DNA from: an uncultured Planctomycetota bacterium
GTDB taxonomy: Bacteria; Planctomycetota; PLA2; JAEUHO01
NCBI GenBank assembly: GCA_963752285.1
Contig: CAVVXN010000005.1
Location: 1,568,001 to 1,632,000 of the forward strand
DNA: 64,000 nt
Reading direction: 5' to 3'
The notes beneath the pieces are model-generated. The model did not search any database. It saw nothing but the letters and a program-made list of their open reading frames with translations, and had not been told where the DNA came from. Positions 30,270 through 40,493 of the stretch are shown in pieces (position 1 is the stretch's first letter; every line of letters starts with the position of its first letter). A program made the translations under genes and the position numbers.

Positions 30270-31436
30270 TCACTTCGCCTTCACGGGCTCCGCGGCCTTC
30301 GCCGCGCCCGCGGCGCCGGTGAAGCCGGCGGCGGAGAGGGAGTCGAGGCGCTGGGCAAGGGGCGCCGCCGAGTCGCCCTCGAGGAGCATCCGGGTCTGGT
30401 CGTGGCCCTTCCGGACGATCCCGAGGAGGAAGTCGGAAGCGACGACGGTCATCAGGACGACGTTCCCGAGCAGCGACAGGACGATCTTCACGATCTCGAA
30501 GAACGGGGCCTTGGCGTCGATCGCGAAGATGAGGAAGAACACGCTCGCGGCGGCGATGCAGGACCAGTACCGGAGGCGGAGCGCGGCGAGCTCGCGGCTC
30601 ATGACGTCGGGCTCGAGCGGCGGGACGAGTCGCCGCCCGCGGACCACGATCACCACCATGCCCAGGAGGACCGACGCGATCGCCAGCACCAGGATCACGT
30701 TGCCGAAGATCTGGTTCACGACCGCGAAGATCACGAAGAGGATCGTGGCGAAGAGCGGCGCCGTGAACATCGCGGTCCAGCCGGGCATGGGACTCTCGGG
30801 CAGGACCGTCTTGAGCGACAGGGCCGAGCGGATGATCCCGGGAAAGAGCGCGAACACGCGCGGCGCGATGAGCACGACGTAGTAGAGCCCCATCCCCTTG
30901 GCGACGAGGAGCGTGAGGCCCCGCTCCGCCTCGCCGGTCGGCAGGTTCAGGACCTCCTGGACGGGGATCGTCGCGAGGACGAAGGGGCTCAGGAAGATGA
31001 CGAGGAACCCCACGATGGCGGCGACGCGGGACGCGGCGGGGCGAGCCCACCGCCGCGCGGCGAGCGTGACGTAGATCGTTCCGACCGCGAGCGAGCCGAT
31101 GATCAACCATCGCAGCCCGTCGATCGTCTCCAGGTTCGCGTCGCCGATCGTGTTCGCCGCGCCGCGGCCGGCTTCGCCCGCGCTCTCGAGCTCGGCCCGC
31201 GTGGACGAGAACCCGATCGCCTCGCAGAGCACGAGGGCCCAGAGGACGATCGCCGCCACCGCGAGGAGCGATCGCCGCCACGCGGCGTAGTCCTGCGCCA
31301 AGGGGTCCGAGACGGGCGGCGAGGAAGCCGCGAGGACCGCACGTTCGGCGTCGGTCGCGCGCTCGACGTGGAGGTCGCCGCGGCGGAGACGCCGGAGCGC
31401 GAGCTTCGCCTCCTCCCACAGCTGCTGGCCGGTCAT
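30270..31436 (-). CDS. Hypothetical multi-pass membrane protein
   Basis: About 8 TM segments; SD AAGGGAG. Confidence 0.8.
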   Translation of the reverse strand: MTGQQLWEEAKLALRRLRRGDLHVERATDAERAVLAASSPPVSDPLAQDYAAWRRSLLAVAAIVLWALVLCEAIGFSSTRAELESAGEAGRGAANTIGDANLETIDGLRWLIIGSLAVGTIYVTLAARRWARPAASRVAAIVGFLVIFLSPFVLATIPVQEVLNLPTGEAERGLTLLVAKGMGLYYVVLIAPRVFALFPGIIRSALSLKTVLPESPMPGWTAMFTAPLFATILFVIFAVVNQIFGNVILVLAIASVLLGMVVIVVRGRRLVPPLEPDVMSRELAALRLRYWSCIAAASVFFLIFAIDAKAPFFEIVKIVLSLLGNVVLMTVVASDFLLGIVRKGHDQTRMLLEGDSAAPLAQRLDSLSAAGFTGAAGAAKAAEPVKAK

Positions 31437-31488
31437 CGTCGGTGCTCCCTTCGTGCGGCGACGCGCTCGGGGGGACTCTACCCGCCCC

Positions 31489-33621
31489 TCACCGGGGCGT
31501 GACCGGTCCGCCCGGCGTCGAGCCGCCCCGCGGGGTGGGCGACCAGGGAGGCGAGCTCTCGTCGTCGTCGCCCGCGCGCGGCCGACCGTCGGGACCGCCG
31601 TCCACCGGGTCGAAGATCCAGCACTTCGCCTCGCTGTAGTACACGGTCCAGCCCCACGGGGTCCGCGCGTCGTGCGCCATCACGTCCTTCGCGGCCTCGA
31701 TCATCCGGAGCGCGCGCGGGCGGAGCGCCGGGTCGAGGTACCGGAGGACGGCGTCGAGGTCCCGCTGGCCGCGGTACTCGGGCCGACGCGGGTCGAGCGC
31801 CAGCAGGTTGCCCTGCTGCCCGGGCACGACGTCGCCGGCCGGCCAGCGCGCGGCCTCGGGGACGCCCGGCGGCGACCACGCGCGGTGGAGGAGCCGCGAC
31901 GCGGTGGTCTCGAGGGACGCCGGGAGCGTTCGACCGTCGTATGCGTCGAGGCAGTCGCTCAGACGGATCGCCGTCAACGGCGCCGCCGAGAAGCGGCCGT
32001 GGCGGAGGTCGGAACCGGGCGGCACGAGCGTGTCCAGGTGCGCCAGGCTCGCGGCGAGCGACGCGAGGTGGAACGCGCTCATCTCGAGCCAGAACCGCGC
32101 GAGGCGTGCGTCGGCGAGCGACCGCGCGGGCGCGGAGCCGGGCCGCGCGAGGACCCGCTCGACCGTCGCCACGGCCTCGTCGTACGCGTGCGCCGCGTGC
32201 GCGAGGCGCTTGGCCTCCGCGCGAAGCCCTTCTGCCGAGCCCAGGAGGTACGGGTCGAGGGGCACGCGCCGCGGCCGGTAGCCCGTCGCCACGCGCGGCG
32301 GACGCGCGAGCGGCTTCCAGGCCCCCCAGGGACCGCTCCCCGCCTCGGCGCCGTACGTCCACGGCGTCTCGCGGGCCACGTGGTCCGCCGCCACGAGGAG
32401 CGCGGCCGCGACCGGGTCCGCGGCGATCCGCGCGGCCGCTCCGTCCTCGGGCGCGAGCGACGGGGCGAGTCGGAGGAGCGCCGTGTCGTCCCGGGGGCAG
32501 ACGTCGAGCCACGGCGCGGCGGGGAAGGGGTAGAAGACGTACCTTCCACCCGTCTCGAGCGCGGCGCGCGCGTACGGCCACCACCCGAACCCCGAGGGGA
32601 CGTCGCTTGCGAACACGACCTGCCCGCCGTAGCGCGGGAGCGTCCCGGGCGTACCGGACGTGAAGCGCAGGCCCGACGCCGGCGGCGTCGGCTTCCCGCC
32701 GGGCGGCGCGCCGCCGGGCGCGGTCTTCTCGTCGTCGGGCGAGGGCCCGAGGAGCTCGTCGAGACGGCGCTTTCGCTCCACCGGGTCGGGGTACTCCTTC
32801 TGGAGCTCCCGGTCGGCCTCCTCGCGGAGGAGTCGCTCGTACGCGGCGCCCGGGTCGGCGCCGTAGTGGCCGAACGCGTCGGGGGGCGGACGCATCGGTC
32901 GCGCCGCCCAGGGAAGGAGCGGCAGCGTGGGGAGCGGGACCTCGTCGCCGAACCGCACCTCGGGCGCGACGACGACGAGCCGTGCGCCGCGCGCACGGAG
33001 CGCCTCCGCGACGCGCTCGGGATCGAAGTACGTCCCGACCGGAAGGAGCAGGTCGCGCCACGCCTCGCCGTCGCCGTCCACGTAGCGCTCGGGCGTCCAC
33101 TCGCTCGCGAGGAGCACCACGAGGGCGGGCGCGTCGGCCGACCCGCGCGGGGCGAGGCGCGCGAGGAGGCGCGCCGCCGGCTCGAAGCGTCCCTTCTCGT
33201 CCCACCACGCCGCGGCGAGGTCGTCCGCGAGCGTCTCGCGCCAGCGCGCCGCGCCGACCGGGATCGCCTCGGCGCCGGCCGAGGGCGCGACGCGGATCGC
33301 GACGCCGCCCTTCGCGGCCCAGGCGGCGGTGGCGTCGAGCCACCGCCCGAGGTCGCCCGGGTAGTCGTGGTCCGCGCGATACTCGTTCCGACCGGGCGGC
33401 GGCGCGAACGTGATCCGGTCGAAGACCACCGTGACCTCGCGCACCCCGGCGTGCGAGGCCTCGGCCGCGATCCTCTCGAGGACGGCGGCGGGGGTCGCGA
33501 GGTCTCGGACGTAGAGGTCACGCGTCCGTGCGGCCGCGTCGGGCTCCGGTCGGGCGGTCGCCGGCGGGAGGGTCCACGCGACGACGAGGACGGCCAGCGA
33601 CAGGATCCGGCGCACGCGCAC
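31489..33621 (-). CDS. Exported divergent vWA-like protein (planctomycete type)
   Basis: Signal peptide; LVVLLASE..., AEALRARGARLVVVAPE, PSGFGWWPYARAALETGGRY, C-terminal TPW. Confidence 0.55.
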   Translation of the reverse strand: MRVRRILSLAVLVVAWTLPPATARPEPDAAARTRDLYVRDLATPAAVLERIAAEASHAGVREVTVVFDRITFAPPPGRNEYRADHDYPGDLGRWLDATAAWAAKGGVAIRVAPSAGAEAIPVGAARWRETLADDLAAAWWDEKGRFEPAARLLARLAPRGSADAPALVVLLASEWTPERYVDGDGEAWRDLLLPVGTYFDPERVAEALRARGARLVVVAPEVRFGDEVPLPTLPLLPWAARPMRPPPDAFGHYGADPGAAYERLLREEADRELQKEYPDPVERKRRLDELLGPSPDDEKTAPGGAPPGGKPTPPASGLRFTSGTPGTLPRYGGQVVFASDVPSGFGWWPYARAALETGGRYVFYPFPAAPWLDVCPRDDTALLRLAPSLAPEDGAAARIAADPVAAALLVAADHVARETPWTYGAEAGSGPWGAWKPLARPPRVATGYRPRRVPLDPYLLGSAEGLRAEAKRLAHAAHAYDEAVATVERVLARPGSAPARSLADARLARFWLEMSAFHLASLAASLAHLDTLVPPGSDLRHGRFSAAPLTAIRLSDCLDAYDGRTLPASLETTASRLLHRAWSPPGVPEAARWPAGDVVPGQQGNLLALDPRRPEYRGQRDLDAVLRYLDPALRPRALRMIEAAKDVMAHDARTPWGWTVYYSEAKCWIFDPVDGGPDGRPRAGDDDESSPPWSPTPRGGSTPGGPVTPR

Positions 33622-33664
33622 AGAGGGCTCCCTCCCGGATGGGAACGCCCGCGGCGCCCGACCG

Positions 33665-35497
33665 TCATCCTCCCACGGTCGTCCGGTCCCGCGCCTCGCC
33701 GGCCCCGAGCGGGGTCTCGGGGGCCGGCCCGGCCTCGCCGCCCGGCACGAGCCCACCGTCCGCGCGGAGGGGGCGGGAGCGGGAGAGCCGCGGCGCGAGG
33801 ATCAGGGTCGCGCCATAGAGGACGAACGAGGCGGCGAGCGTCGCGGGCCGTCCTTCGAGGAGGTCCTCGAGGAACAGCTTGATCGCGCCGAGCAGGAGGA
33901 GCGGCGTCACGAGCCACCGCGCGGGCCGCATCGCCTCGGTGCGGCCGGCCAGGGCGGCGAGGACGGTCAGCAGACCGAGGCAGGCGGTGCGGCACGTCGC
34001 GAGCACGGCCGCGTCTACGGCCCCCCCCGAGAACGCGCGGCCGAGGTACGCCGCGAGCGCGCCACCGCCCCCGAACGCGCCGATCGCGAGCAGCGCCAGC
34101 TGGCTCGCGCGGATCATCGCCCGTCGGCCGGGCTTAGCGACGCGCGCGGGGAACGCCGCCGCGACGAACGCCGCCACGACGGTGAGCGCGGCCGCGCCCG
34201 AGAGCACGGGTCCCGCGGCCACGAGCCCGTCGAGCCACGCGCGCCGGGCCTGCGGTACGAGGCCCGAGGCCGCGGCGGCCGCGACGACGTACAGCGCCGC
34301 GTGGACGGTCAGCGTCATGCGTCCGAACACGCGGGCGAGGACCCCGACCCCGATCGCGAGGGTGGCCCAGCACCAGGCCGGGTCGTCGAGGAGACCCGCG
34401 CTGCTCATCACGACGAGGAGGAGGGCGAGCGTCGTGAAGTAGTAGAAGCACCGGCGTCGCTCGCGGTCGAGGAGCGTGAACCCGACCACGTACGCCAGCA
34501 CGCCGAGGGCGAGCACGCCACTCGCGAGGGCCGCCGGCGCCGTCCCCGTACGCGCCGCCACGTAGAGCGATCCCCCGACGCCCACGCCGACGGCGAGCAG
34601 GGTCTGTACGCCTTCGAACGACGCGAGGCTCCAGCGGCGGCGGACGAGCTGTACCCCGACGCTGCCCACGTAGCCGGCGAAGAGCAGCAGGAGCACGACC
34701 ACGAGCGCGGCGGGCGAGGGGACACCCCGCGCCAGCGTGTGGTAGGCGGCGATCGACGCGGCCAGGTCGGCGGCGAGGGCCGAGACGATCGCGAGACCGG
34801 TCCAGCCGCGCGGGCGGCCGATCCAGAGCGCGACCATCCCGATCACGAGGAGCACGACGGTGAAGGCGAGCGCGCGCTCCCCGTCGGGGATCGACTCCGC
34901 GAGCGACGCCACCGCCGCGCCGAGCACGTAGGGCCACGCGAGCGCGGGCACGCGCTGCCGCCACGCCACCACGAGCGCGCCCGACGTCACGGACGCGACG
35001 AGCGCCGCGCTCACGAGGGGAGACAGGAGGTGGAACCGCGCGGAAGTCTCCCAGGCGAGCGGGTACGCGATGAGCGCCGCCGCGAGCCCGTGCCAGATCG
35101 CGACGTCGCGCCGGCCGCGCGCGGCGGCCCTCGACGCGAGCACGAGCCACCAGAACCCGTAGGCGAGGCCGAGGGCCACACCGGCGAGGCGCCCTCCCGG
35201 CGTCGTCATCGCCTCGGTGAAGGCGCGCAAGACGTAGGCGCCCCCCATCACGAGCAGGAGCCGGCCCAGGAAGGGCATCGCCGCCGCCAGGCCCCGGAAC
35301 GCGGCGACCGCGTCGGGCGGGATCGATCCCTCGGCCTCGCTCGCGCGAGGCGCGTGCGCCCGGGGGGCGGGGGACGGGCCGGGCGACGTCGTCTCGCGAG
35401 CGACGAGACGCTCGAGCGCCTCGACGCGGGCGACGAGGTCCCTCACCTCGCGCGCGAGCGCGCGAAGGTCGTCCGGTGCGCGAGGGTCCTCGTGCAT
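33665..35497 (-). CDS. Multi-pass membrane protein (DUF2339-like)
   Basis: N-terminal coiled coil, LGRLLLVMGGAYVLRA, many TMs, KLFLEDL near the C-terminus. Confidence 0.72.
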   Translation of the reverse strand: MHEDPRAPDDLRALAREVRDLVARVEALERLVARETTSPGPSPAPRAHAPRASEAEGSIPPDAVAAFRGLAAAMPFLGRLLLVMGGAYVLRAFTEAMTTPGGRLAGVALGLAYGFWWLVLASRAAARGRRDVAIWHGLAAALIAYPLAWETSARFHLLSPLVSAALVASVTSGALVVAWRQRVPALAWPYVLGAAVASLAESIPDGERALAFTVVLLVIGMVALWIGRPRGWTGLAIVSALAADLAASIAAYHTLARGVPSPAALVVVLLLLFAGYVGSVGVQLVRRRWSLASFEGVQTLLAVGVGVGGSLYVAARTGTAPAALASGVLALGVLAYVVGFTLLDRERRRCFYYFTTLALLLVVMSSAGLLDDPAWCWATLAIGVGVLARVFGRMTLTVHAALYVVAAAAASGLVPQARRAWLDGLVAAGPVLSGAAALTVVAAFVAAAFPARVAKPGRRAMIRASQLALLAIGAFGGGGALAAYLGRAFSGGAVDAAVLATCRTACLGLLTVLAALAGRTEAMRPARWLVTPLLLLGAIKLFLEDLLEGRPATLAASFVLYGATLILAPRLSRSRPLRADGGLVPGGEAGPAPETPLGAGEARDRTTVGG

Positions 35498-35733
35498 CCG
35501 CTCGGCCGTCCCCGCGCCGTGCGCCGACTCGCCTTCGAGCCACCCTCCGGTCCACGGGCCACGGCGCGCGAGACCATAGCAGGAACGCCCCCGCGGGCGC
35601 ACGAGGGCATTCGAAAACGATTCACGCTGGATATCGGACCGCCTCGGTCCTCGAACCGTCTCCAAACACGCCGTTGGACGCGAGGGCCCGACTTCCGTAG
35701 ACTCCCGCCCCGCGTCGTGCGTCGGGAGGAGCC

Positions 35734-36183
35734 ATGGGCGACGTGGAGCCGGGCCGTACACGTCGGTCGTTCCTGGACCTCGTGTTCCGAGGAGGAATCG
35801 CCGGTCTCTTGGCCGCGGTCGTGTACCCGGTGCTTCGGTATCTGTCGCCTCCCGCGGCCGCCGAGCCGGGCGCGCGATCGGTGGTGCTGAACCCGGAGGA
35901 CCCGAAGCAGGTCGACCCGAACACGCGCCTCTTCGTCTTCGGCGACAAACCCGGCATCCTGGTCAAGGGGCCGGGCGGCGAGTGGAAGGCGTTCAGCGCC
36001 ATCTGCACGCACCTGGGTTGCACCGTGCGATACAAGACCGAGACCCGCACGATCTGGTGCCCCTGCCACAACGGGATGTTCGACCTGAACGGCAGGAACC
36101 TCCCGGGCACGCCGCCACCGCGACCCCTCGACGAGCTCCGCGTCCAGCCGCGACCCGACGGCACGCTCGTCGTGAGGAGGTGA
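35734..36183 (+). CDS. Rieske 2Fe-2S protein of a cytochrome bc complex
   Basis: Tat motif TRRSFL, CTHLGC, CPCHNG.F, GTPPPRPL; SD GGAGGAG. Confidence 0.93.
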   Translation: MGDVEPGRTRRSFLDLVFRGGIAGLLAAVVYPVLRYLSPPAAAEPGARSVVLNPEDPKQVDPNTRLFVFGDKPGILVKGPGGEWKAFSAICTHLGCTVRYKTETRTIWCPCHNGMFDLNGRNLPGTPPPRPLDELRVQPRPDGTLVVRR

Positions 36184-36186
36184 TCG

Positions 36187-37311
36187 ATGGCCGGCCGCCC
36201 CGCGCGCGAGAACCTGGCCCGCTGGCTGGACGAACGGGTCGGAACCTCCGACTTCGAACGGCTCGCCCGGCACAAGGCCGTCCCGATCCACAAGCACACG
36301 CTCTGGTACTACCTGGGCGGGATGACGCTCTTCCTGCTCGCCGTCCAGGTGGCGACGGGCATCCTCCTCACGCTCTACTACCGCCCGGGACCGGAGGAAG
36401 CGCACGAGAGCGTCCGGTTCATCACGGGCGAGGTCTCGTTCGGTTGGCTCATCCGCGCGCTCCACGGCTGGACGGCGAACCTGCTGATCCTCGTCGCGGG
36501 GCTGCACCTGGTCAGCGTCTTCTTCCTCCAGGCCTATCGACGGCCCCGGGAGATGACCTGGGTGACTGGCGTGCTCCTCTTCCTCCTCTTCCTCGGGTTC
36601 GGCTTCAGCGGCTACCTGCTGCCGTGGAACCAGCTCTCCTACGCCGCCACCCGCGTGGGGACCCAGGTTCTCGACAACATCCCCTGGATCGGCCCCTGGC
36701 TCCTCCACCTGCTCCGCGGGGGACCCGACGTCACGGGCGCGACCCTCTCTCGCTTCTACGGGATCCACATCGCGATCCTACCGGCCCTGCTCACGATGGT
36801 GATCGGCGGACACCTCTATCTCGTGCAACGACACGGGATGAGCGTCCCGCTGAGCGTGGAGAAGAAGCACGGCCCGGGCGGCGTCCGGACGATGCCGTTC
36901 TTGCCGAACTTCTTGATGCGCGACATGGTGGGCTGGCTGGTCGCGCTCGGCGTGCTCGCGGGGCTCGCGGCGCTGCTGCCCGAAGGCGACGGGTTCCTCG
37001 TGAACCTCCATCTCGGAGACAAGGCCGATCTCGTCGGGGCCACGCCGCCCGGCCTGAAGCCCGAGTGGTACTTCCTCGCGATGTTCCAGACGCTGAAGCT
37101 CCTCCCCGGCCACTTCTTCGGGATCGAGTGGCTCGTCGGGGAGCAGATCGGCGTGCTGGCGTTCGGGCTCGTCGGCCTCGGCCTGCTGCTCGTCCCCTTC
37201 CTCGATCGCAGGGCCGCCCGCGGGGAACCGAACCGGCTGTTGCGGGTCCTCGGGATCCTGGCGATCGCGTACATGGTCGTGTTCACCATCCTCGGTCGCG
37301 TGCTGCCCTAG
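36187..37311 (+). CDS. Cytochrome b of a Rieske/cytb complex (unsplit b + subunit IV)
   Basis: GWLIRALH, GLH, SGYLLPWNQ, TLSRFYGIH...H, KPEWYFL; SD GAGGAGGT. Confidence 0.94.
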   Translation: MAGRPARENLARWLDERVGTSDFERLARHKAVPIHKHTLWYYLGGMTLFLLAVQVATGILLTLYYRPGPEEAHESVRFITGEVSFGWLIRALHGWTANLLILVAGLHLVSVFFLQAYRRPREMTWVTGVLLFLLFLGFGFSGYLLPWNQLSYAATRVGTQVLDNIPWIGPWLLHLLRGGPDVTGATLSRFYGIHIAILPALLTMVIGGHLYLVQRHGMSVPLSVEKKHGPGGVRTMPFLPNFLMRDMVGWLVALGVLAGLAALLPEGDGFLVNLHLGDKADLVGATPPGLKPEWYFLAMFQTLKLLPGHFFGIEWLVGEQIGVLAFGLVGLGLLLVPFLDRRAARGEPNRLLRVLGILAIAYMVVFTILGRVLP

Positions 37312-37330
37312 GCGGCGCGGGAGGAGAGCG

Positions 37331-38860
37331 ATGCCTCCGCTCAAGTTCTTCCTCGCGACGAGTCTCCTCCTCGCGGCCCTCGCCGCGCCGGCCCGCGCCG
37401 ACGAGGAGGAAGGCTGTGCCGCCTGTCACTCCGACGAGGACATGGAGGCGCCGGTCCGCGCGCCCGCCCTCGCGTGGGCGAACGACGCGCACCACGCCGC
37501 GGGCCTCTCGTGCACAGCGTGCCACGGGGGCGTGGACGGCACGATGGACTACACCGAAGCGCACGACAAGGGCAAGGGCTTCCGGGGCAAGCCGAAGCCC
37601 GAGGACGTCGTGGGCATCTGTGCGGGCTGCCACGACGACCCGTCGAAGGCGGGCGCCGCCGCGGCGAAGCCGGGCACGACGCCTCCGGGCGCGGCGTTCC
37701 GCCACGGGGTGCACGGCCAGGTCGAGCCGGCCCAGGGACACGAGCTCCCGACGTGCATCTCGTGCCACGGGGCACATGGGATCCTCCCCCCCACGGACGA
37801 GCGGTCCAGCGTCTACCCGACGAAGGTTCCCGAGACGTGCAACCGCTGCCACGGCGACCTCGACTACATGCGCGCGTTCACCTCCGCGCGGGTCCGCGTG
37901 GACCAGTACATCGAGTACCAGACCAGCGTGCACGGCAAGCGACTCGCCGCGGGAGACACGAAGGTCGCGGTCTGCTCCTCGTGTCACGGGAACCACGACA
38001 TCCGAAAGGCCTCGGACCCCAGCTCGAGCGTCTATCCCGCGAACGTGGCTGCCACGTGCGGCTCCTGCCACGCGGACCCCGAGCACATGAAGGGGTACGA
38101 GATCCCCGTCCGGGGCGGGGGCACGGGCCCGATCCCCACCGACCAGGTCGCGCGGTGGTCGAAGAGCGTCCACCACGAGCAGCTCGTGGAGAAGGGCGAC
38201 CTCTCGGCACCGACCTGCAACGACTGCCACGGCAACCACGGCGCGACGCCCCCGGAGGTTCGCGCGGTGGCGAACGTGTGCGGGCAGTGCCACTCCCGAC
38301 CCGCCGAGCTCTTCGCGGGCTCCGGAATCGAGCATGCGCTGGACGAGGGAGGATGGCCCCGGTGCGCCACCTGCCACGGCAACCACGAGATCACGCGGCC
38401 CACCGACGCGCTCCTCGCGAAGATCGCGGCGGGCCAGGCCACGCCGGGGGGCTGGACCGCGCCGGCCCCGTGGAGCCAGAAGGCCTCGACCCTGCTCGAC
38501 TCGATCCGCCGGCTGGCGGACCGGATCGACCACACGAAGGAGCTGGTCGATCGCGTGGCCAACTACGGCATGGACGTCACGCGCCCGCGCCTCTTCCTCC
38601 ACCAGGCCGAGGACCAGCTCGTGCAGGCGCGGGTGAACGTCCACCGGTTCGACCCCGAGGTCATGAAGGGGATCCTCGAGGGCACGGAGGACGAGACGGG
38701 CGCCCTCGTGCTCGCGGACCGCGCCGACGCGACCGCGAACGACCTGCTCGCCGAGCGACGGTTCCGCCGCGTGGGCCTCGCCGTCGCGCTCGCGTTCATC
38801 GCGCTCGTGGTGGTGGCGTTGCTGCTCCGCATCCGCCGCATGGAGCGGACCCCGGCCTGA
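37331..38860 (+). CDS. Decaheme c-type cytochrome with C-terminal membrane anchor
   Basis: Signal peptide; 10 CxxCH motifs (CAACH, CTACH, CAGCH, CISCH, CNRCH, CSSCH, CGSCH, CNDCH, CGQCH, CATCH); C-terminal TM. Confidence 0.92.
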   Translation: MPPLKFFLATSLLLAALAAPARADEEEGCAACHSDEDMEAPVRAPALAWANDAHHAAGLSCTACHGGVDGTMDYTEAHDKGKGFRGKPKPEDVVGICAGCHDDPSKAGAAAAKPGTTPPGAAFRHGVHGQVEPAQGHELPTCISCHGAHGILPPTDERSSVYPTKVPETCNRCHGDLDYMRAFTSARVRVDQYIEYQTSVHGKRLAAGDTKVAVCSSCHGNHDIRKASDPSSSVYPANVAATCGSCHADPEHMKGYEIPVRGGGTGPIPTDQVARWSKSVHHEQLVEKGDLSAPTCNDCHGNHGATPPEVRAVANVCGQCHSRPAELFAGSGIEHALDEGGWPRCATCHGNHEITRPTDALLAKIAAGQATPGGWTAPAPWSQKASTLLDSIRRLADRIDHTKELVDRVANYGMDVTRPRLFLHQAEDQLVQARVNVHRFDPEVMKGILEGTEDETGALVLADRADATANDLLAERRFRRVGLAVALAFIALVVVALLLRIRRMERTPA

Positions 38861-38984
38861 CCCCGGCCCGACCCCGGCGCGGCCCCGCGCCGCGCGTCGA
38901 GGCCGACCGTCGCGCCGATCTGGCCGTCGAGGTCGCGATCGCTACACTTTCCCGATCTCGGGTCCCGCCGGCGGAGAACTCTCG

Positions 38985-40436
38985 ATGAAGCGGCTCTGGT
39001 CCTGGCTGCCGAACCTCTGGATCCACCCGCTCTCGGCGGCGGGCACCATCCTGACGACCGTGACCGGCTTCATGCTGGTCCTGGTCCTCGCCACGGGCTG
39101 GGCCGGGCAGACCGAGAACATCTACGCCGCGGCCTTCCTCCTGATGGCCCTGCCCACCCTCTTCGTGCTGGGCCTCCTCCTGATCCCCGTGGGGGTGTGG
39201 CTCGAGCACCGGCGCCGGTCGCAGGCGGGCGGAACCCAGACCCTGGGCGACGCCGTGGCCGCTCTCTTCACCACGAAGTCGGGCCATCGCAAGCTCCTCG
39301 TCCTCGGCCTCCTGACCCTCGTGAACGTGGTCCTCCTGGCGGGCATCGGGCACCGGGCGCTCGGCTACATGGACACCCCCACCTTCTGCGGGACGACGTG
39401 TCACGAGGTCATGCAGCCGGAGTACGTGTCGTACATGGCGTCGCCCCACGCGCGGGTGGCGTGCGTCGAGTGCCACATCGGGCCCGGCGCCACCTTCCTC
39501 GTCAAGTCCAAGATCGACGGTCTCCGGCAGGTGTGGCGCACCATCACGAACACGTACGACCGCCCGGTCCCCGTGCCCGTCCACACCCTCCGCCCCTCGC
39601 GCGACACGTGCGAGGCGTGCCACTGGCCCGACAAGTTCACGGGGAACCGCATCGTGCAGCGCGTGCACGTCGATCCGGACGAGGACAACTCCTTCGAGGT
39701 GACGGCCCTGGCCCTCCGCGTCGGAGGCCTGAACGGGATCACGAACCAGTACGAGGGCATCCACTGGCACGTCGCCGCGGACTCCGAGGTGCGCTACGAC
39801 GCCCTGGACGAGAAGCGCGAGGAGATCGGCAAGGTCACGGTCCTCAAGCACGGGAAGGTGGTGGCCGAGTACCTCCCCCCGGGCGACCCCAAGCCCGTCG
39901 TCGAGTCCCGCGTGATGGACTGCATCGACTGCCACAACCGGCCGACGCACATCTTCGACCTCACGCCGGCACGCGCGCTGGACCGCGGGTTCGTCCAGGG
40001 CCTGCTCGACAAGGACGTGAAGTGGCTCCGTCAGGTCGGCGAGCCCATCCTCGCCCGCACGGACCTCCAGCGCGACGAGGTGGAGGCGGCGTTCCGGAAG
40101 GACCTCGAGGCGGCGTACCGGGAGAAGCACGCCGACGCCGTCCCCACGAAGGAGCAGCTGGACGCGGCGGCGCACGGCCTCGCGGAGCTGTGGCTCCGCA
40201 ACATCTTCCCGGCGCGCGGGGTCTCGTGGGGGACGTACCGCACGAACCTCGGCCACAAGTTCGAGGACCCGGAGCGCCACGGCTGCTTCCGGTGCCACGA
40301 CGGCAAGCACAAGACCGCCGACGGCAAGGTGCTCGACAACAACTGCGACCGGTGCCACGAGATGCTCGCAGAGGACGAGAAGCCGGACGAGCTCGACGAC
40401 TCGCTCCAGGTCCTCCTCCACCTGAAGAACCCCTGA
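38985..40436 (+). CDS. NapC/NirT-family (ImcH-like) membrane multiheme cytochrome c
   Basis: 3 N-terminal TMs; CGTTCH plus CVECH, CEACH, CIDCH, CFRCH, CDRCH; SPHARV, GIHWH. Confidence 0.88.
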   Translation: MKRLWSWLPNLWIHPLSAAGTILTTVTGFMLVLVLATGWAGQTENIYAAAFLLMALPTLFVLGLLLIPVGVWLEHRRRSQAGGTQTLGDAVAALFTTKSGHRKLLVLGLLTLVNVVLLAGIGHRALGYMDTPTFCGTTCHEVMQPEYVSYMASPHARVACVECHIGPGATFLVKSKIDGLRQVWRTITNTYDRPVPVPVHTLRPSRDTCEACHWPDKFTGNRIVQRVHVDPDEDNSFEVTALALRVGGLNGITNQYEGIHWHVAADSEVRYDALDEKREEIGKVTVLKHGKVVAEYLPPGDPKPVVESRVMDCIDCHNRPTHIFDLTPARALDRGFVQGLLDKDVKWLRQVGEPILARTDLQRDEVEAAFRKDLEAAYREKHADAVPTKEQLDAAAHGLAELWLRNIFPARGVSWGTYRTNLGHKFEDPERHGCFRCHDGKHKTADGKVLDNNCDRCHEMLAEDEKPDELDDSLQVLLHLKNP

Positions 40437-40493
40437 TCCGAACGCGGAGCGGGACCCGGACGACGCGCCGCGCGGGCGTCCGGGCCCGGGGGG

